A stretch of DNA of 35,826 nucleotides from Gemmatimonadota bacterium (GTDB lineage Bacteria > Gemmatimonadota > Gemmatimonadetes > Palauibacterales > Palauibacteraceae). The stretch's first letter is position 1, and every line of letters begins with the position of its first letter. Below the pieces are notes generated by a model. That model had not been told where the DNA came from. It made no database searches and worked only from the letters and a program-made list of their open reading frames with translations. The position numbers were made by a program, and so were the translations under genes. Of this stretch, positions 7,572 through 17,828 are shown piece after piece. Location: the NCBI GenBank assembly GCA_046758745.1, contig JBHIAV010000032.1, positions 1 to 35,826 of the forward strand, read 5' to 3'.

Positions 7572-9368
7572 GTGATACCCACGCACGTCACGAACCCGGC
7601 CTACTACCACAAGGTGGTGGACTGCCAGTGGGCATGCCCCGCCCACACGAACGTCCCCGAGTACATCCGTCTCATCGCCCAAGGCCGGTACACGGACGCC
7701 TACATGCTCAACCGGGACTCCAACGTATTCCCCGGGATCCTGGGAAGGACGTGTGACCGCCCGTGCGAGCCCGCCTGCCGGAGGACCCGGATCGACGGCA
7801 AGCCGGTAGCGATCTGCCGGCTCAAGCGGGTGGCTGCCGACCTTCGCGGCGACGTAGAGGAGAGACTACCGAGGGCATCCGAGAGGAAGAACGGCAAGAA
7901 GATCGCGCTTGTCGGGGCGGGACCCGCCTCCCTCACCGTGGCCAACGACCTGATGCCGCTCGGCTACGAGACGGTGATCTTCGAGAAGCTGGATCGGCCG
8001 GGGGGCCTGATGCGGACGAACATCCCGGCCTTCCGCCTGCCCGGCACCGTCCTCGACGAGGAGATCGACATGATCCTCCGCATGGGCGTCGAGGTCCGGT
8101 ACAACACCCCGATCACGAGCATGAGATCCCTGCTGGCGGAGGGGTACGATGCCGTCTTCGTGGGAAGCGGTGCGCCCAAGGGCAAGGAGCTGAGCCTCCC
8201 TGGCCGGCAGGAAGGGGATGCGAACATCCACATCGGCATCGAATGGCTGGAGGCGGTGCACTTCGGCCACGTCGACTCCATCGGCGAACGGGTGCTGGTG
8301 ATCGGTGTGGGCAACACGGCCATGGACTGCTGTCGAACATCGAAGCGTCTCGGCGGGAAGGACATCAAGGTCATGGCGCGCAAGTCCCGCCCCTATTTCA
8401 AGGCTTCGGCCTGGGAGCTGGAGGACGCCGAAGAGGAGCTCATCGAGATCGTGGAGAACCACTCTCCGAAGCGGTTCCTTGTCGAGAACGGGAAGCTGAC
8501 GGGGATGGAGTTCGAGATCGTATCATGGCACGAGGGTCCCGGCGGCCGTCTGAAGAAGAAGGTCCACGACACGGTCCGCATTGCGTGCGACGACGTGCTC
8601 CTCGCCATCGGCCAGGAGACGGCATTTCCGTGGATCGAGCGGGACATCGGCATCGAGTTCAACGAGTGGGACATGCCGATCGTCGACCGGACCACCATGC
8701 AGTGCACGCGGGAGGGAGTGTTCTTCGGCGGGGACGCCGCGTGGGGACCGGAGAACATCATCTGGGCGGTGGAGCACGGCCACCAGGCCGCGATCTCCAT
8801 CCACAACTACTGCCAGGGGATCCCGATCGACGAGCGACCTCCCCACGGGATGAACCTCGTCAGCCGGAAGATGGGGCTGAACGCCTGGACGTACAGCAAC
8901 GAGTACAACCCGGCCGAGCGCGCCAAGATGGTCCACATGGACCTGCGACAGCGCTTCAAGGAGCTCGCCCTCGAGGTGGAGCTCGGATTCGACCCGGAGC
9001 AGACGGCGAGCGAGGTCGAGCGCTGCCTGAACTGCGACATCCAGACCCACTTCACGGCAGCCCTCTGCATCGAATGCGACGCCTGCCTCGACGTCTGCCC
9101 GGTCGACTGCCTTACGATCACCTGGAACGGGGAGGAGTCCGGGTTGCGGGCCCGCCTCCGTGCACCGGCGGTGAACCCGGAGCAGGACATCTACGTCTCC
9201 GAGGGGCTCCCGCAGACGGCGCGAGTGATGGTGAAGGATGAGGACATCTGCCTGCACTGCGGCCTGTGCGCGGAGCGCTGCCCGACGGCCGCGTGGGACA
9301 TGCGGCAGTTCGAGCTCCTGATCCCGTACGCGGGACGGCCGGTTCTCGAGGCGCAGCTCCAGACGTGA
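7572..9368 (+). CDS. GltD-like FAD/NAD(P)H oxidoreductase with C-terminal 2x[4Fe-4S] ferredoxin domain (KorC-type subunit)
   Basis: CQWACP, GRTCDRPCEPAC, GAGPAS and GVGNTAMD Rossmann motifs, RCLNC, CIECDACLDVCP, CLHCGLCAERCP. Confidence 0.92.
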   Translation: MIPTHVTNPAYYHKVVDCQWACPAHTNVPEYIRLIAQGRYTDAYMLNRDSNVFPGILGRTCDRPCEPACRRTRIDGKPVAICRLKRVAADLRGDVEERLPRASERKNGKKIALVGAGPASLTVANDLMPLGYETVIFEKLDRPGGLMRTNIPAFRLPGTVLDEEIDMILRMGVEVRYNTPITSMRSLLAEGYDAVFVGSGAPKGKELSLPGRQEGDANIHIGIEWLEAVHFGHVDSIGERVLVIGVGNTAMDCCRTSKRLGGKDIKVMARKSRPYFKASAWELEDAEEELIEIVENHSPKRFLVENGKLTGMEFEIVSWHEGPGGRLKKKVHDTVRIACDDVLLAIGQETAFPWIERDIGIEFNEWDMPIVDRTTMQCTREGVFFGGDAAWGPENIIWAVEHGHQAAISIHNYCQGIPIDERPPHGMNLVSRKMGLNAWTYSNEYNPAERAKMVHMDLRQRFKELALEVELGFDPEQTASEVERCLNCDIQTHFTAALCIECDACLDVCPVDCLTITWNGEESGLRARLRAPAVNPEQDIYVSEGLPQTARVMVKDEDICLHCGLCAERCPTAAWDMRQFELLIPYAGRPVLEAQLQT

Positions 9369-11221
9369 TCGCCGACCGCACGAACGACTTCGGGGTCAAG
9401 ATCGCCACCGTCAACGGGACGGGCTCGGCGAGCGCGAACGGTCTCCTGATGAAGGCGATCTTCCGGATGGGCGTTCCGGTGTCCGGAAAGAACGTCTTCC
9501 CCTCCAACATCCAGGGTCTTCCGACCTGGTACGAGATCCGGGTCAGCCAGGCCGGGCACACCGCGCGCAACCCCCACTTCGATCTGTTCGTAGCGATGAA
9601 CCCGGAAACCTACGCGAGTGACATCGCCGAGGTGGAACGCGGCGGCTACCTCCTGTACGACTCGAGCTGGCCGATGAGCGAGGAGCTGGCGCGGGAGGAC
9701 GTGACCTTCCTCGGCGTCCCGCTCGCGGAGATGTGCGTCGAGCACTTCGAGGGAGCCCGCGAGCGAATCCTGATGAAAAACATCGGATACGTAGGTGCGC
9801 TGGCGGCTTTGCTCGACATCGACATGGAGGTGTTGCGAGCGCTGCTGGAGGAGCGGTTCGGAGCCAGGAAGCGAGCCCTGATGGACTCCAACTTCCTCGC
9901 CCTCCGCCTCGGGTACGACTACGCCGTCGAGCACTTCGAGTGCCCGCTCCCGATCCACCTCCAGCGGATGGACGCCCTGGCGGACTCGATCCTCATCGAC
10001 GGCAACACGGCGGCGGCGCTGGGCTGCGTGTACGCGGGAGCGACGGTCGCGGCGTGGTACCCGATAACCCCGGCCACCTCGCTGATGGATGCGTTCAGCC
10101 ACTTCTGCCACCGGTACCGGAGGGATCCCGAGACCGGGAAGAACCGCTACTGCATCATCCAGGCGGAAGACGAGCTGGCGGCGGTGGGGATCGTGATCGG
10201 CGCGGGCTGGAGCGGCGCCCGTGCCTTCACGCCGACCAGCGGGCCGGGGATCTCGCTCATGTCGGAGTTCATCGGGCTCGCCTACTACGCGGAGGTCCCG
10301 GCCGTCATCTTCGACGTCCAACGGGCTGGACCCTCCACCGGGATGCCCACGCGGACCCAGCAGGGCGACCTGATGACGGTGGCGTACGCCTCCCATGGCG
10401 ACACCAAGCACATCGCGCTCTTCCCCGCGAATCCCGAGGAGTGCTTCCACATGGCGGTGGAAGCGTTCGACCTGGCGGAGCGCTTCCAGACGCCGGTGTT
10501 CGTCGTCTCGGACCTCGACATCGGGATGAACGATTGGGTGTGCCCCCGCCTCCGCTGGGACGACTCATACCTGCCGGACCGCGGCAAGGTGCTGAGCGCC
10601 GATCAGCTCGAGCGAATCGAGAAGTTCTACCGATATCTCGATGCCGACGGCGACGCGATCTGCGCCCGCACCCTGCCCGGCGTGCATCCGAAGGGAGCGT
10701 ACCTCACACGCGGATCGGGGCACGACGCGTACGGCGGGTACACGGAAGACTCGGACGAGTACACGGAGGTGATGGACCGCATCGGGCGCAAGATCGAATC
10801 GGCCGCCGCCGCCCTCCCGGAACCGGTGATCCGGAACCGACCGGGGGCGCGGATGGGGATCGTCTCGATCGGCGGGTGCGACGCCGCGGTCCTCGAGGCG
10901 GCGGAACGGTTGGACGCCGAGGGAATCCCGCTCGACTACCTGAGGGTTCGGGCCTTTCCGTTCGCCTCCGGGGTAGAGGAGTTTCTGGGCTCGCACGATC
11001 ACATCTTCGTGGTCGAACAGAACCGCGACGGGCAGCTTTGCAGGCTCCTGAGCATGGAGACCGGCGTCCCGATGGAGAACCTCCTCTCCGTGCGCTACTA
11101 CGGCGGCCTGCCGCTGAGCTGCGAGCAGGTGGTCGAGGCTGTCTCGGGCCACGTCGATCGTGTCGAGGGCGGCCGTCGGGGACGGCCCGTCGTTCACCCG
11201 ATAGAGGGGTTCGGCACATGA
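9365..11221 (+). CDS. korA: 2-oxoacid:acceptor oxidoreductase subunit alpha (gamma-alpha fusion)
   Basis: NGTGS, YPITP, QAEDE, TSGPG and QRAGPSTGMPT motifs. GTGA overlap with the upstream stop. Substrate specificity is inferred. Confidence 0.93.
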   Translation: MIADRTNDFGVKIATVNGTGSASANGLLMKAIFRMGVPVSGKNVFPSNIQGLPTWYEIRVSQAGHTARNPHFDLFVAMNPETYASDIAEVERGGYLLYDSSWPMSEELAREDVTFLGVPLAEMCVEHFEGARERILMKNIGYVGALAALLDIDMEVLRALLEERFGARKRALMDSNFLALRLGYDYAVEHFECPLPIHLQRMDALADSILIDGNTAAALGCVYAGATVAAWYPITPATSLMDAFSHFCHRYRRDPETGKNRYCIIQAEDELAAVGIVIGAGWSGARAFTPTSGPGISLMSEFIGLAYYAEVPAVIFDVQRAGPSTGMPTRTQQGDLMTVAYASHGDTKHIALFPANPEECFHMAVEAFDLAERFQTPVFVVSDLDIGMNDWVCPRLRWDDSYLPDRGKVLSADQLERIEKFYRYLDADGDAICARTLPGVHPKGAYLTRGSGHDAYGGYTEDSDEYTEVMDRIGRKIESAAAALPEPVIRNRPGARMGIVSIGGCDAAVLEAAERLDAEGIPLDYLRVRAFPFASGVEEFLGSHDHIFVVEQNRDGQLCRLLSMETGVPMENLLSVRYYGGLPLSCEQVVEAVSGHVDRVEGGRRGRPVVHPIEGFGT

Positions 11222-12273
11222 CGTCGATCGAGAAGCCGAAGGTCCGGCATCCGGGACTCCCGGTGAACGCCCTCGGGCTTACGCGGCGCGACTACGAGGG
11301 ATCGATGTCGACCCTGTGTGCAGGGTGTGGGCACGACTCCATCACGGCGGCGATCGTCCAGGCGTTCTTCGAGCTGAACCTCCCCGCACACCGGGCGGCC
11401 AAGCTAAGCGGAATCGGCTGCTCCTCGAAGACCCCGACTTACTTCATGAGCCAGTCACACGGCTTCAACGGGGTGCACGGGCGAATGCCGTCCATCGCCA
11501 CGGGGGCGAACGCGGCGAACAGGGACCTCGTATACATAGGGGTATCGGGCGACGGCGACTCCCTCTCCATCGGGCTGGGCCAGATGTGCCACGCCATCCG
11601 CCGGAATCTCGACATGCTGTACCTCATCGAGAACAACGGCGTGTACGGGCTCACCAAGGGACAATTCTCCGCCTCCGCCGACGTCGGCTCGAGGTCCAAG
11701 CGGGGAGTCCCGAACACCCAGCTGCCGATCGACCCGGTCATGCTGGCGCTCAGCATCGGGGCGACCTTCATCGCCCGGAGCTTCTCGGGAGACAAGGAGC
11801 AGCTCGTCCCGATCCTCAAGGCCGGCCTGGCGCACCGCGGCTTCGCGCTCGTCGACGTCATCTCGCCGTGCGTGACGTTCAACGACCACAGCGGCTCCAC
11901 AAAGAGCTACGCACACACGCGTGAGCACTATCACGAGGTGGTGCACGCGGACTTCGTTCCACCGGCCGAGGAGATCACCGCGAGCTACGAGAGCGGGACG
12001 TGTGCCGCTGTGACGATGCATGACGGGAGCGTGGTGAGCTTCCGGAAGGTCGAAGAGGGCTACGACCCCACGGACCGCCAGGCCGTGTGGTCCTACCTAC
12101 AGGAGCGGTTGGCCGAAGGGGAAGTCGTCACCGGCCTGCTCTTCATCGAGAGGGACTCGCAGGACCTCCATGCCACGCTCGGCACCGTGGACACGCCGCT
12201 CGCCGAGCTTCCGTTCGGGGATCTGTGTCCGGGTGGCGAGGCGCTCTCGGAGCTGATGGCGGACTATCGCTAG
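11218..12273 (+). CDS. korB: 2-oxoacid:ferredoxin oxidoreductase subunit beta (TPP-binding)
   Basis: LCAGCG, SGIGCS, HGR, GDGD...NNGVYGLTKGQ and SPCVTFN motifs. ATGA overlap with korA. Confidence 0.95.
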   Translation: MTSIEKPKVRHPGLPVNALGLTRRDYEGSMSTLCAGCGHDSITAAIVQAFFELNLPAHRAAKLSGIGCSSKTPTYFMSQSHGFNGVHGRMPSIATGANAANRDLVYIGVSGDGDSLSIGLGQMCHAIRRNLDMLYLIENNGVYGLTKGQFSASADVGSRSKRGVPNTQLPIDPVMLALSIGATFIARSFSGDKEQLVPILKAGLAHRGFALVDVISPCVTFNDHSGSTKSYAHTREHYHEVVHADFVPPAEEITASYESGTCAAVTMHDGSVVSFRKVEEGYDPTDRQAVWSYLQERLAEGEVVTGLLFIERDSQDLHATLGTVDTPLAELPFGDLCPGGEALSELMADYR

Positions 12274-12374
12274 GCCCCCGGCCATCGCCCCCGCCTCGAC
12301 ATCGAGTGGCCGAGCCGGAGGCCGTCCCCGCAGCCGTAGGTTGGAGTCGTGGCCGGGCGGGAGTCGGGCGGGGG

Positions 12375-12878
12375 TCAGGCGGGGGGAGCGGCCTGGCGGG
12401 GCGCTCTCCCGGCGGCATCTCCGTTTCGCCTCTCTAGGAGCCAGCGGTCCCGGATCGCGCCGCTCGCCGCATGGAGTACGGCGAGCGCGGCACCCTCCAC
12501 CACGTTTCCTCCCACTGGCATCGCCCCGATCAACGAGGAGCCGGGACGCCTCTCGTCGCGTAGCGCCGCCAGCACCACGCTCGCGTCGAACGCCTGGAGA
12601 CGCTTGATTCCAACGAGTTCGAGCTCCGCCGCTCTGGAGGCGAGCGATCGAAGCGCCGCCAGGGTGGCGTCGGCGGCCAGCCGGAGCTCGACACTCTCGG
12701 TTCCCACGCCTTCTGCCTCGGCGCAGCCGCCCCGGCCGGCGAGTTCGAGCTCCACGCGGACCCGAATGGCGCACCCGCGGCTCCGCGTGAGAGCGGCGGA
12801 GATGAGCGAGAGGCGGCCCGGCCCGGCCGGCATGGGCACCTGTGAGCTCTCCTGGGCAAGTCGCCGCGCAACCGCCAA
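12375..12878 (-). CDS. Hypothetical protein, possibly with a LeuA regulatory-domain-like fold
   Basis: GGGGAG precedes TTG 12878. The beta-strands-then-helix unit occurs twice (VRVELE..G.AE...AADATLAAL; LIGAM...AALAVLHA). Confidence 0.7.
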   Translation of the reverse strand: MAVARRLAQESSQVPMPAGPGRLSLISAALTRSRGCAIRVRVELELAGRGGCAEAEGVGTESVELRLAADATLAALRSLASRAAELELVGIKRLQAFDASVVLAALRDERRPGSSLIGAMPVGGNVVEGAALAVLHAASGAIRDRWLLERRNGDAAGRAPRQAAPPA

Positions 12879-13238
12879 TGTGTAGTTCTCCCCGCTAGCT
12901 CCAAACTTGTGCTGTAGGCAAGTGCCGGAGCAAAAAGCCTGCTAGGAAGGACTCCCGACGGCTGCGCTCTCCCGGCCCGGCAAGTCGAATCCCTCCGCAA
13001 TGTGGCCGAATCCCCCGTGTTTACGGGCGATACGGCCTTCGCTCACGCCGCGAACCCCGAGGCATGTCGGCCTGGCCGGAGCGTCCGGCCCGGCCCCGGA
13101 GAAGGGAGCCCGCCGGACCTGTTGCCTGCCCTCAACAGCCGGACCTGCGGGACGAAGCGGGAACGGGATCCCGGCCCCGCTCGACGACGTCGAACGGGAC
13201 AGGGACCTCGCGCGCCGCCACCCCTCCGAGCACGAGGC

Positions 13239-14918
13239 TCAGGCCAGACGGAGGGAGCGCATGCGGCTCACCGCTTTGGCCACCTCCTGAGGCCGCGGCA
13301 GGGCAAGCTCGGGGCTCGGCTCGATCGCGTACAGCCCCTCACGGCGCGCCCGGTCCACCACGTCGTGCACGAGCCTCCGGAGCGAGGTTCGGCCGTCGCA
13401 CAGCCGCTGGAGCTCCCACAGCATCGCGGCCACCGCGCGCGCCTGACCGTAGTCGGCCAGCTGCTCGACGCTGCCCAGGTCGACGTCCTCCGTCCCGAAC
13501 TGGATCGCGTCCGTTCCGCGGGTCGCGATCTTCACCTTGCCCGATGCCCGGCGCGGGTCGAAGGACTCCGGGAGGGGGGCGCGATCGCTCGTCCGCAGCG
13601 GATGCTCGCCGACGCCGATGCGCCGGCCCGTCGGATGACTCCGCGCCACCCGCTTCGCCTCCTCGGTGACGTCCCGGGGACGGTAGTCCTCCATGACGAT
13701 CACCCGGTCGGCGACGTCCAGGTAGTCGCCGCCGCCGCCCGTGACCAGGACGGTGCTCACCCCGAGCCCCAGCAGGTCGCGGACCCGGTCGATGAGCGGC
13801 GTGATCGTCTCCTTCTTCACCAGATCCTGCATCCGCGCGTCCCGCACCATGAGGTTCGTCGCGCACGTGTCTTCGTCCATGAGGAGGAGTGAGGTGCCGG
13901 TCTCCAGCGCCTCGAGTATGTCGGCGGCCAGGCTGGTGCTCCCCGAAGCATCCGGCGTGGTGAAGCGGACGGTGTCCTGGCCGAGCGGCAGACCGTGGAT
14001 GAACGGCCGCAGATCCACCCCGGTCACGGCGCGTCCATCCTCGCTCCGCACCTTCACGGCGTCCGCCAGCGTGACCGTCCATTCCCGGCCATCGCCGGGG
14101 ACGTGTGGGAAAACCCCCTCCTGGAGGGCCTGGAGCAGGGTCGTCTTCCCGTGAAATCCTCCGCCGGTGATGACCGTGACCCCCTCCGGGAGCCCCATCC
14201 CCGTGACCTCCCCGTGATTCGGGGTGGGCAGACAGACGCGGAGCTCGGGCGGGCTCTCGAACGGGACCGCACCGTGCAGCGGCGCCGAGCTGATTCCGCT
14301 CTTCCGAGGCAGGATGCTGCCGTCACGGACGAATGCCACGAGGCTGCGCTCGGCGAGGACCGCCTGCAGCGTCGCGTGGTCCTCGGTCGTGCGGACCCAT
14401 TCCCATGCACGCTCGCCATCCACGTTCCTCCACCGCACCGCGTCGATAGCGTGGGGGAGCCGCTCGCACAGCAACGTGGCCGCGGCACGCCCGAGACATC
14501 GCCGTCCCCGGGCCGGCAGGCCGACGCGAAACCGGAGCTCCAGCCCGCCCTCATCGATGACACAGCCCGCCCGCACCACCACGATCGGGCTGTCCACGGA
14601 GACGAGCACGAGGCCGGACTTGCCCGAGCCGGGGATGCGCGGAAGCCTTTCGCACGCGGCCTTGAAGGCTCGCAGGAGGCAGTCGCACAAGCCGGTTCGC
14701 CGGGCGGGCGTTCTCCATGTGTCGTCCGGGATCCCGTGGCTCTCCGGCGGGAGATGGAGCCGGAGCTTACTCGGCGTGGCGAACGGATCTCCCTGCACAT
14801 GGTCGATCATCAGGGTGAAGTCCGGTCCCCTCCATGCTCCCTTCGCACGCTTGTAGGCCCCGTAGCCGGCCCCGTCGATGCCGCGAAGCAGTCTGGAGAG
14901 GTCCTCGAGAGAAGCCAC
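13239..14918 (-). CDS. ABC-class ATPase domain protein (ABC_ATPase / MRB1590-like family)
   Basis: DHVQGDPFA.PS N-domain, Walker A GGGFHGKTT, EDGR, ASGSTS, Walker B LLLMDED, ATN.M.RD.RMQ. Confidence 0.92.
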   Translation of the reverse strand: MASLEDLSRLLRGIDGAGYGAYKRAKGAWRGPDFTLMIDHVQGDPFATPSKLRLHLPPESHGIPDDTWRTPARRTGLCDCLLRAFKAACERLPRIPGSGKSGLVLVSVDSPIVVVRAGCVIDEGGLELRFRVGLPARGRRCLGRAAATLLCERLPHAIDAVRWRNVDGERAWEWVRTTEDHATLQAVLAERSLVAFVRDGSILPRKSGISSAPLHGAVPFESPPELRVCLPTPNHGEVTGMGLPEGVTVITGGGFHGKTTLLQALQEGVFPHVPGDGREWTVTLADAVKVRSEDGRAVTGVDLRPFIHGLPLGQDTVRFTTPDASGSTSLAADILEALETGTSLLLMDEDTCATNLMVRDARMQDLVKKETITPLIDRVRDLLGLGVSTVLVTGGGGDYLDVADRVIVMEDYRPRDVTEEAKRVARSHPTGRRIGVGEHPLRTSDRAPLPESFDPRRASGKVKIATRGTDAIQFGTEDVDLGSVEQLADYGQARAVAAMLWELQRLCDGRTSLRRLVHDVVDRARREGLYAIEPSPELALPRPQEVAKAVSRMRSLRLA

Positions 14919-15029
14919 CGAACCGTCCCTCGCTCTTGCGGGCGCGTCACCCTGCGTGGCTCATAGTACTTCGTGTTATTCTGGACCCGACACCCGGTGG
15001 GGTCGAGCCACGACACGGGAGAACAGACC

Positions 15030-15434
15030 ATGGAGCTCGAGATCGGGCGAAAAGCCAGCCGCACTCTCACCCTGACCGAGGAACACGTACGGACCTATGC
15101 CGAGCTGACGGGAGACTACAACCCCTTGCACTTCGACGAGGAGTTCGCGTCCCGCACGCGGTTCGAGGGACTCGTCGTGCAGGGCGGCCTGACGACGGGA
15201 CTCCTGCACGCCCTCGTCGCCATGGACATGCCGGGTCCGGGGACCGTCTTCCTGAGTCAGAACTGGCGGTTTACGGCTCCTGTCTACATCGGCGACACGA
15301 TCACGGGCGAGGCGGAGGTGCTCAGCGCACACGACACGAAGCCCGTCGTCCAGCTGGGAATGCGGGTGGTGCGCCAGACCGGGGAGACGGTGCTGCAGGG
15401 AGAGGCGTGGTGCTATGTCATGCGTCCGGCGTGA
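15030..15434 (+). CDS. MaoC family dehydratase (hot-dog fold)
   Basis: YAELTGDYNPLHFD hydratase motif, PGPGTVFLSQ, FTAPVYIGD. GGAG SD upstream. Confidence 0.95.
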   Translation: MELEIGRKASRTLTLTEEHVRTYAELTGDYNPLHFDEEFASRTRFEGLVVQGGLTTGLLHALVAMDMPGPGTVFLSQNWRFTAPVYIGDTITGEAEVLSAHDTKPVVQLGMRVVRQTGETVLQGEAWCYVMRPA

Positions 15435-15497
15435 GGAGGAGAGCAGGTCCGGCGCCCGCGTGGAGCGGCGTGATGCGCACGGCGTGAGGCGACGCCG

Positions 15498-16223
15498 GTG
15501 TGGTGCGTGATTCCCGTGGCGGGCCAGGCGACTCGTCTCGCCTCCCGCACCGGCGGTCGGCCGAAGGCCCTCCTCGACATCGGCGGCCGCCCCGTCCTGA
15601 TCCGGCTTCTCGAGCAGCTCTCGCCGGCGGTGACGGACGTCTGTCTGGTGATCGGGCGGTCGGGCCAGGCGGTCCGGGAGACCTTCGGGAAGCGGGCGTG
15701 TGGAGCGCGCCTCCACTACGCCCTCCAGACGCGGCCTGCCGGCGTGGCGGACGCCGTCGGCCGCGCGGGCGAACTCGTGCGGGGGCCCTTCCTCGTCGTC
15801 ATGGGGGACGTCTACTACGAGGAGCCGCTGGCTCCCTACGTGGAGGAATGGAGGCGATCCGGCATCGAGGGAGGCGTCCTCGTCGAGCCGATCGAGCCGC
15901 ACGTCGCCGGCGAGGTCGGCCTCGTCCGCACCCGTGCCGACCGGGTGGTCGAGATCTTCAAGGCGCCCTTCGACGGCCGGGCGGAGCTGCGTGTGTGCGG
16001 CATGATGATGTTTCCCGAGGCCGCCTTCGCCTTCTTGCGGCGCACCGGCTCGGGGCAGACCGGCGAGGCCGAGCTCGAGGAGGCGGTCGCCGCCATGATC
16101 AGGGAGGGAAAGGAGTTCCTGGCCGTCCGCTATCGAGGCTGGCGCCGGAACATCAACAGCTCCGACGACCTGGAGGCCGTTCGACGCCGCCTAGCCGGGC
16201 GTGGCCGGGCGGCCCGGGAGTGA
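15498..16223 (+). CDS. Sugar-phosphate nucleotidyltransferase family protein
   Basis: IPVAGQATRL...PKALLDIGGRP, Q..P.GVADAV, FLVVMGD, WRRNINSSDDL. Confidence 0.88.
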   Translation: MWCVIPVAGQATRLASRTGGRPKALLDIGGRPVLIRLLEQLSPAVTDVCLVIGRSGQAVRETFGKRACGARLHYALQTRPAGVADAVGRAGELVRGPFLVVMGDVYYEEPLAPYVEEWRRSGIEGGVLVEPIEPHVAGEVGLVRTRADRVVEIFKAPFDGRAELRVCGMMMFPEAAFAFLRRTGSGQTGEAELEEAVAAMIREGKEFLAVRYRGWRRNINSSDDLEAVRRRLAGRGRAARE

Positions 16224-16354
16224 GGCGGCTCTCTCGACTACGCGACGGCCCGCGCGTGGGACCCCTCTCGGAGGTGCCGAAAGAGCTCGGGGCGCGGTAG
16301 GCTGCCCTCGGGCCGGTTGCCGGGCCGGCCCTGTTCCGATCCGAGTCGCGCGGC

Positions 16355-16828
16355 CTACGAGTCCACCGGCCGCGAGAACTTCTCGGGCACGGGGTTCACG
16401 AGCCGCTCGAACGCGGAGTAAGGGATCTCCACCGCCGTTCGGTGATCGCCGGCGTGGAATGCGATGTACTCGTCCTCCCGCAGGCTCTCGTCCACGAAGG
16501 TCCTCTGGCCGTACAGGTTGCCGAAGGGGGGCATCGCCCCCGGTTCGCAATCCGGATACAGGGAGCGAAACTCGGACTCGTCGGCCAGCTCGACCCGCTC
16601 CGACCCTACCGCCCGGCGGAACGCCTCGAGATCGAGCCGCCGCGTCGCGGGGAGCACGGCGAGTGCCGGCTCATCGTTCACGCGAACCACGACGGTCTTG
16701 GCCCAGTTTCGGCCGGGCACATGGGCGGCCGCGGCCTCCTCCATCGCGGTGTAGGCCGGCGTGTGCTCGATTACCTCGTAGTCCACCGACTCCTCATCCA
16801 ATAGCGCCTTCAATCGCTCCGCAATCAT
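16355..16828 (-). CDS. YbaK/EbsC family aminoacyl-tRNA deacylase
   Basis: AKTVV, LAVLPA, PDCEPGAMPPFG, FHAGDH. AGGAGG SD upstream. Confidence 0.95.
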   Translation of the reverse strand: MIAERLKALLDEESVDYEVIEHTPAYTAMEEAAAAHVPGRNWAKTVVVRVNDEPALAVLPATRRLDLEAFRRAVGSERVELADESEFRSLYPDCEPGAMPPFGNLYGQRTFVDESLREDEYIAFHAGDHRTAVEIPYSAFERLVNPVPEKFSRPVDS

Positions 16829-17036
16829 CGCGGTCCTCCTTGCGCAAGGGCCGCGCGGCCTCTCATAAGGTGCATCGGCGGCCCGCTACATCCAAGCTAC
16901 ACCCGCCGCGGACCGATCGGGCACGGTCGCTGCCCCATCCCGGCGGGCCCTTTCTCGTTCGAAGATAACCGATTTGCGATCGGGGGTCAGTCCGCCCGCG
17001 ACGGCGTCGCCACCCACGCTCGGCTGGACCGCCGTA

Positions 17037-17435
17037 TCACCCGGTCGGCGTCACCCGAGCGAGGACCGTTCGCGTCCGCGGCCCGTCGAACTCGCACAGA
17101 AAAACCCCCTGCCACCTTCCGAGCTGGACCCTACCCTCCGACACGATGAGGGTGAGGCCGGGTCCCATCAGGCTCGTCTTGATGTGCGAGTCGGCGTTCC
17201 CCTCGAGGTGACGGTAGGAGGCGTCCCGCGGCGCGTGGTGGTCCAACCAGCCCTCGATGTCGCGCGCGACGGCGGGATCGGCGCTCTCGTTCACCGTGAG
17301 GCCGGCCGTGGTGTGCATCGACCAGAGCACGCACAGCCCTTCGCGGACGCCGGACTCCGCGACCGCCCGCCGCACCGGCGCCGTGATGTCGACCAACTCC
17401 TCTCGCTTCCCCGTCCTGACTTCGATCCTGTTCAT
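17037..17435 (-). CDS. yjbQ: YjbQ/UPF0047 family protein
   Basis: DIT, HTTAGLTVNE.ADP.V, HLEGNADSHIK, LGRWQGVFLCEFDGPR. Confidence 0.95.
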   Translation of the reverse strand: MNRIEVRTGKREELVDITAPVRRAVAESGVREGLCVLWSMHTTAGLTVNESADPAVARDIEGWLDHHAPRDASYRHLEGNADSHIKTSLMGPGLTLIVSEGRVQLGRWQGVFLCEFDGPRTRTVLARVTPTG

Positions 17436-17534
17436 CGTCGGTCCCCTGCGTTGCGCTCCAGCCTGCTCGTCCGTCCTCGCAGCCGTATATTGTCCCTCCA
17501 CTTCGTTCAACCCAACCCTTTCCAGGAGGTCGCG

Positions 17535-17828
17535 ATGCCCACGTACATCACGCTGCTTCGCTGGACCCAGAAGGGGATCGAGCAGGTCAAGGACAGCGCG
17601 GCTCGATACGAGGGCGCCAAGAAGCTGTTCGAGTCCATGGGGGCGGAGATCAAGGCGATCTACCTCGTCATGGGTCAGTACGACCTCGTCATCGTCACCG
17701 AGGGTCCGGACGACGAGAGCCTGGCGAAAGCGGCTCTGGCCGCCGCGTCCAGAGGATTCGTCCGAACCGAGTCCATGCGCGCCTTCACGGAGGACGAGTA
17801 CCGGAGGATCATCGCCGATCTGCCGTAG
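17535..17828 (+). CDS. GYD domain-containing protein
   Basis: MPTYITLLRWTQKGI, MGQYDLV, GFVRTESMRAF. AGGAGG SD upstream. Confidence 0.93.
   Translation: MPTYITLLRWTQKGIEQVKDSAARYEGAKKLFESMGAEIKAIYLVMGQYDLVIVTEGPDDESLAKAALAAASRGFVRTESMRAFTEDEYRRIIADLP

Noticed and set aside
9733-11217. N-terminal extensions of ORF-track calls (846-aa korB ORF, 854-aa regulator ORF, 928-aa ORF ending 34965, 321-aa DinB ORF, 387-aa YjbQ ORF)
   Set aside because: The extensions overlap other real genes. The true starts are supported by SD sites, stop/start overlaps or domain boundaries.
12925-12944. Sigma-54-like TAGCAGGCTTTTTGCT on the minus strand upstream of the 12878 gene
   Set aside because: The near-invariant GG at -24 is AG, and no UAS is evident.
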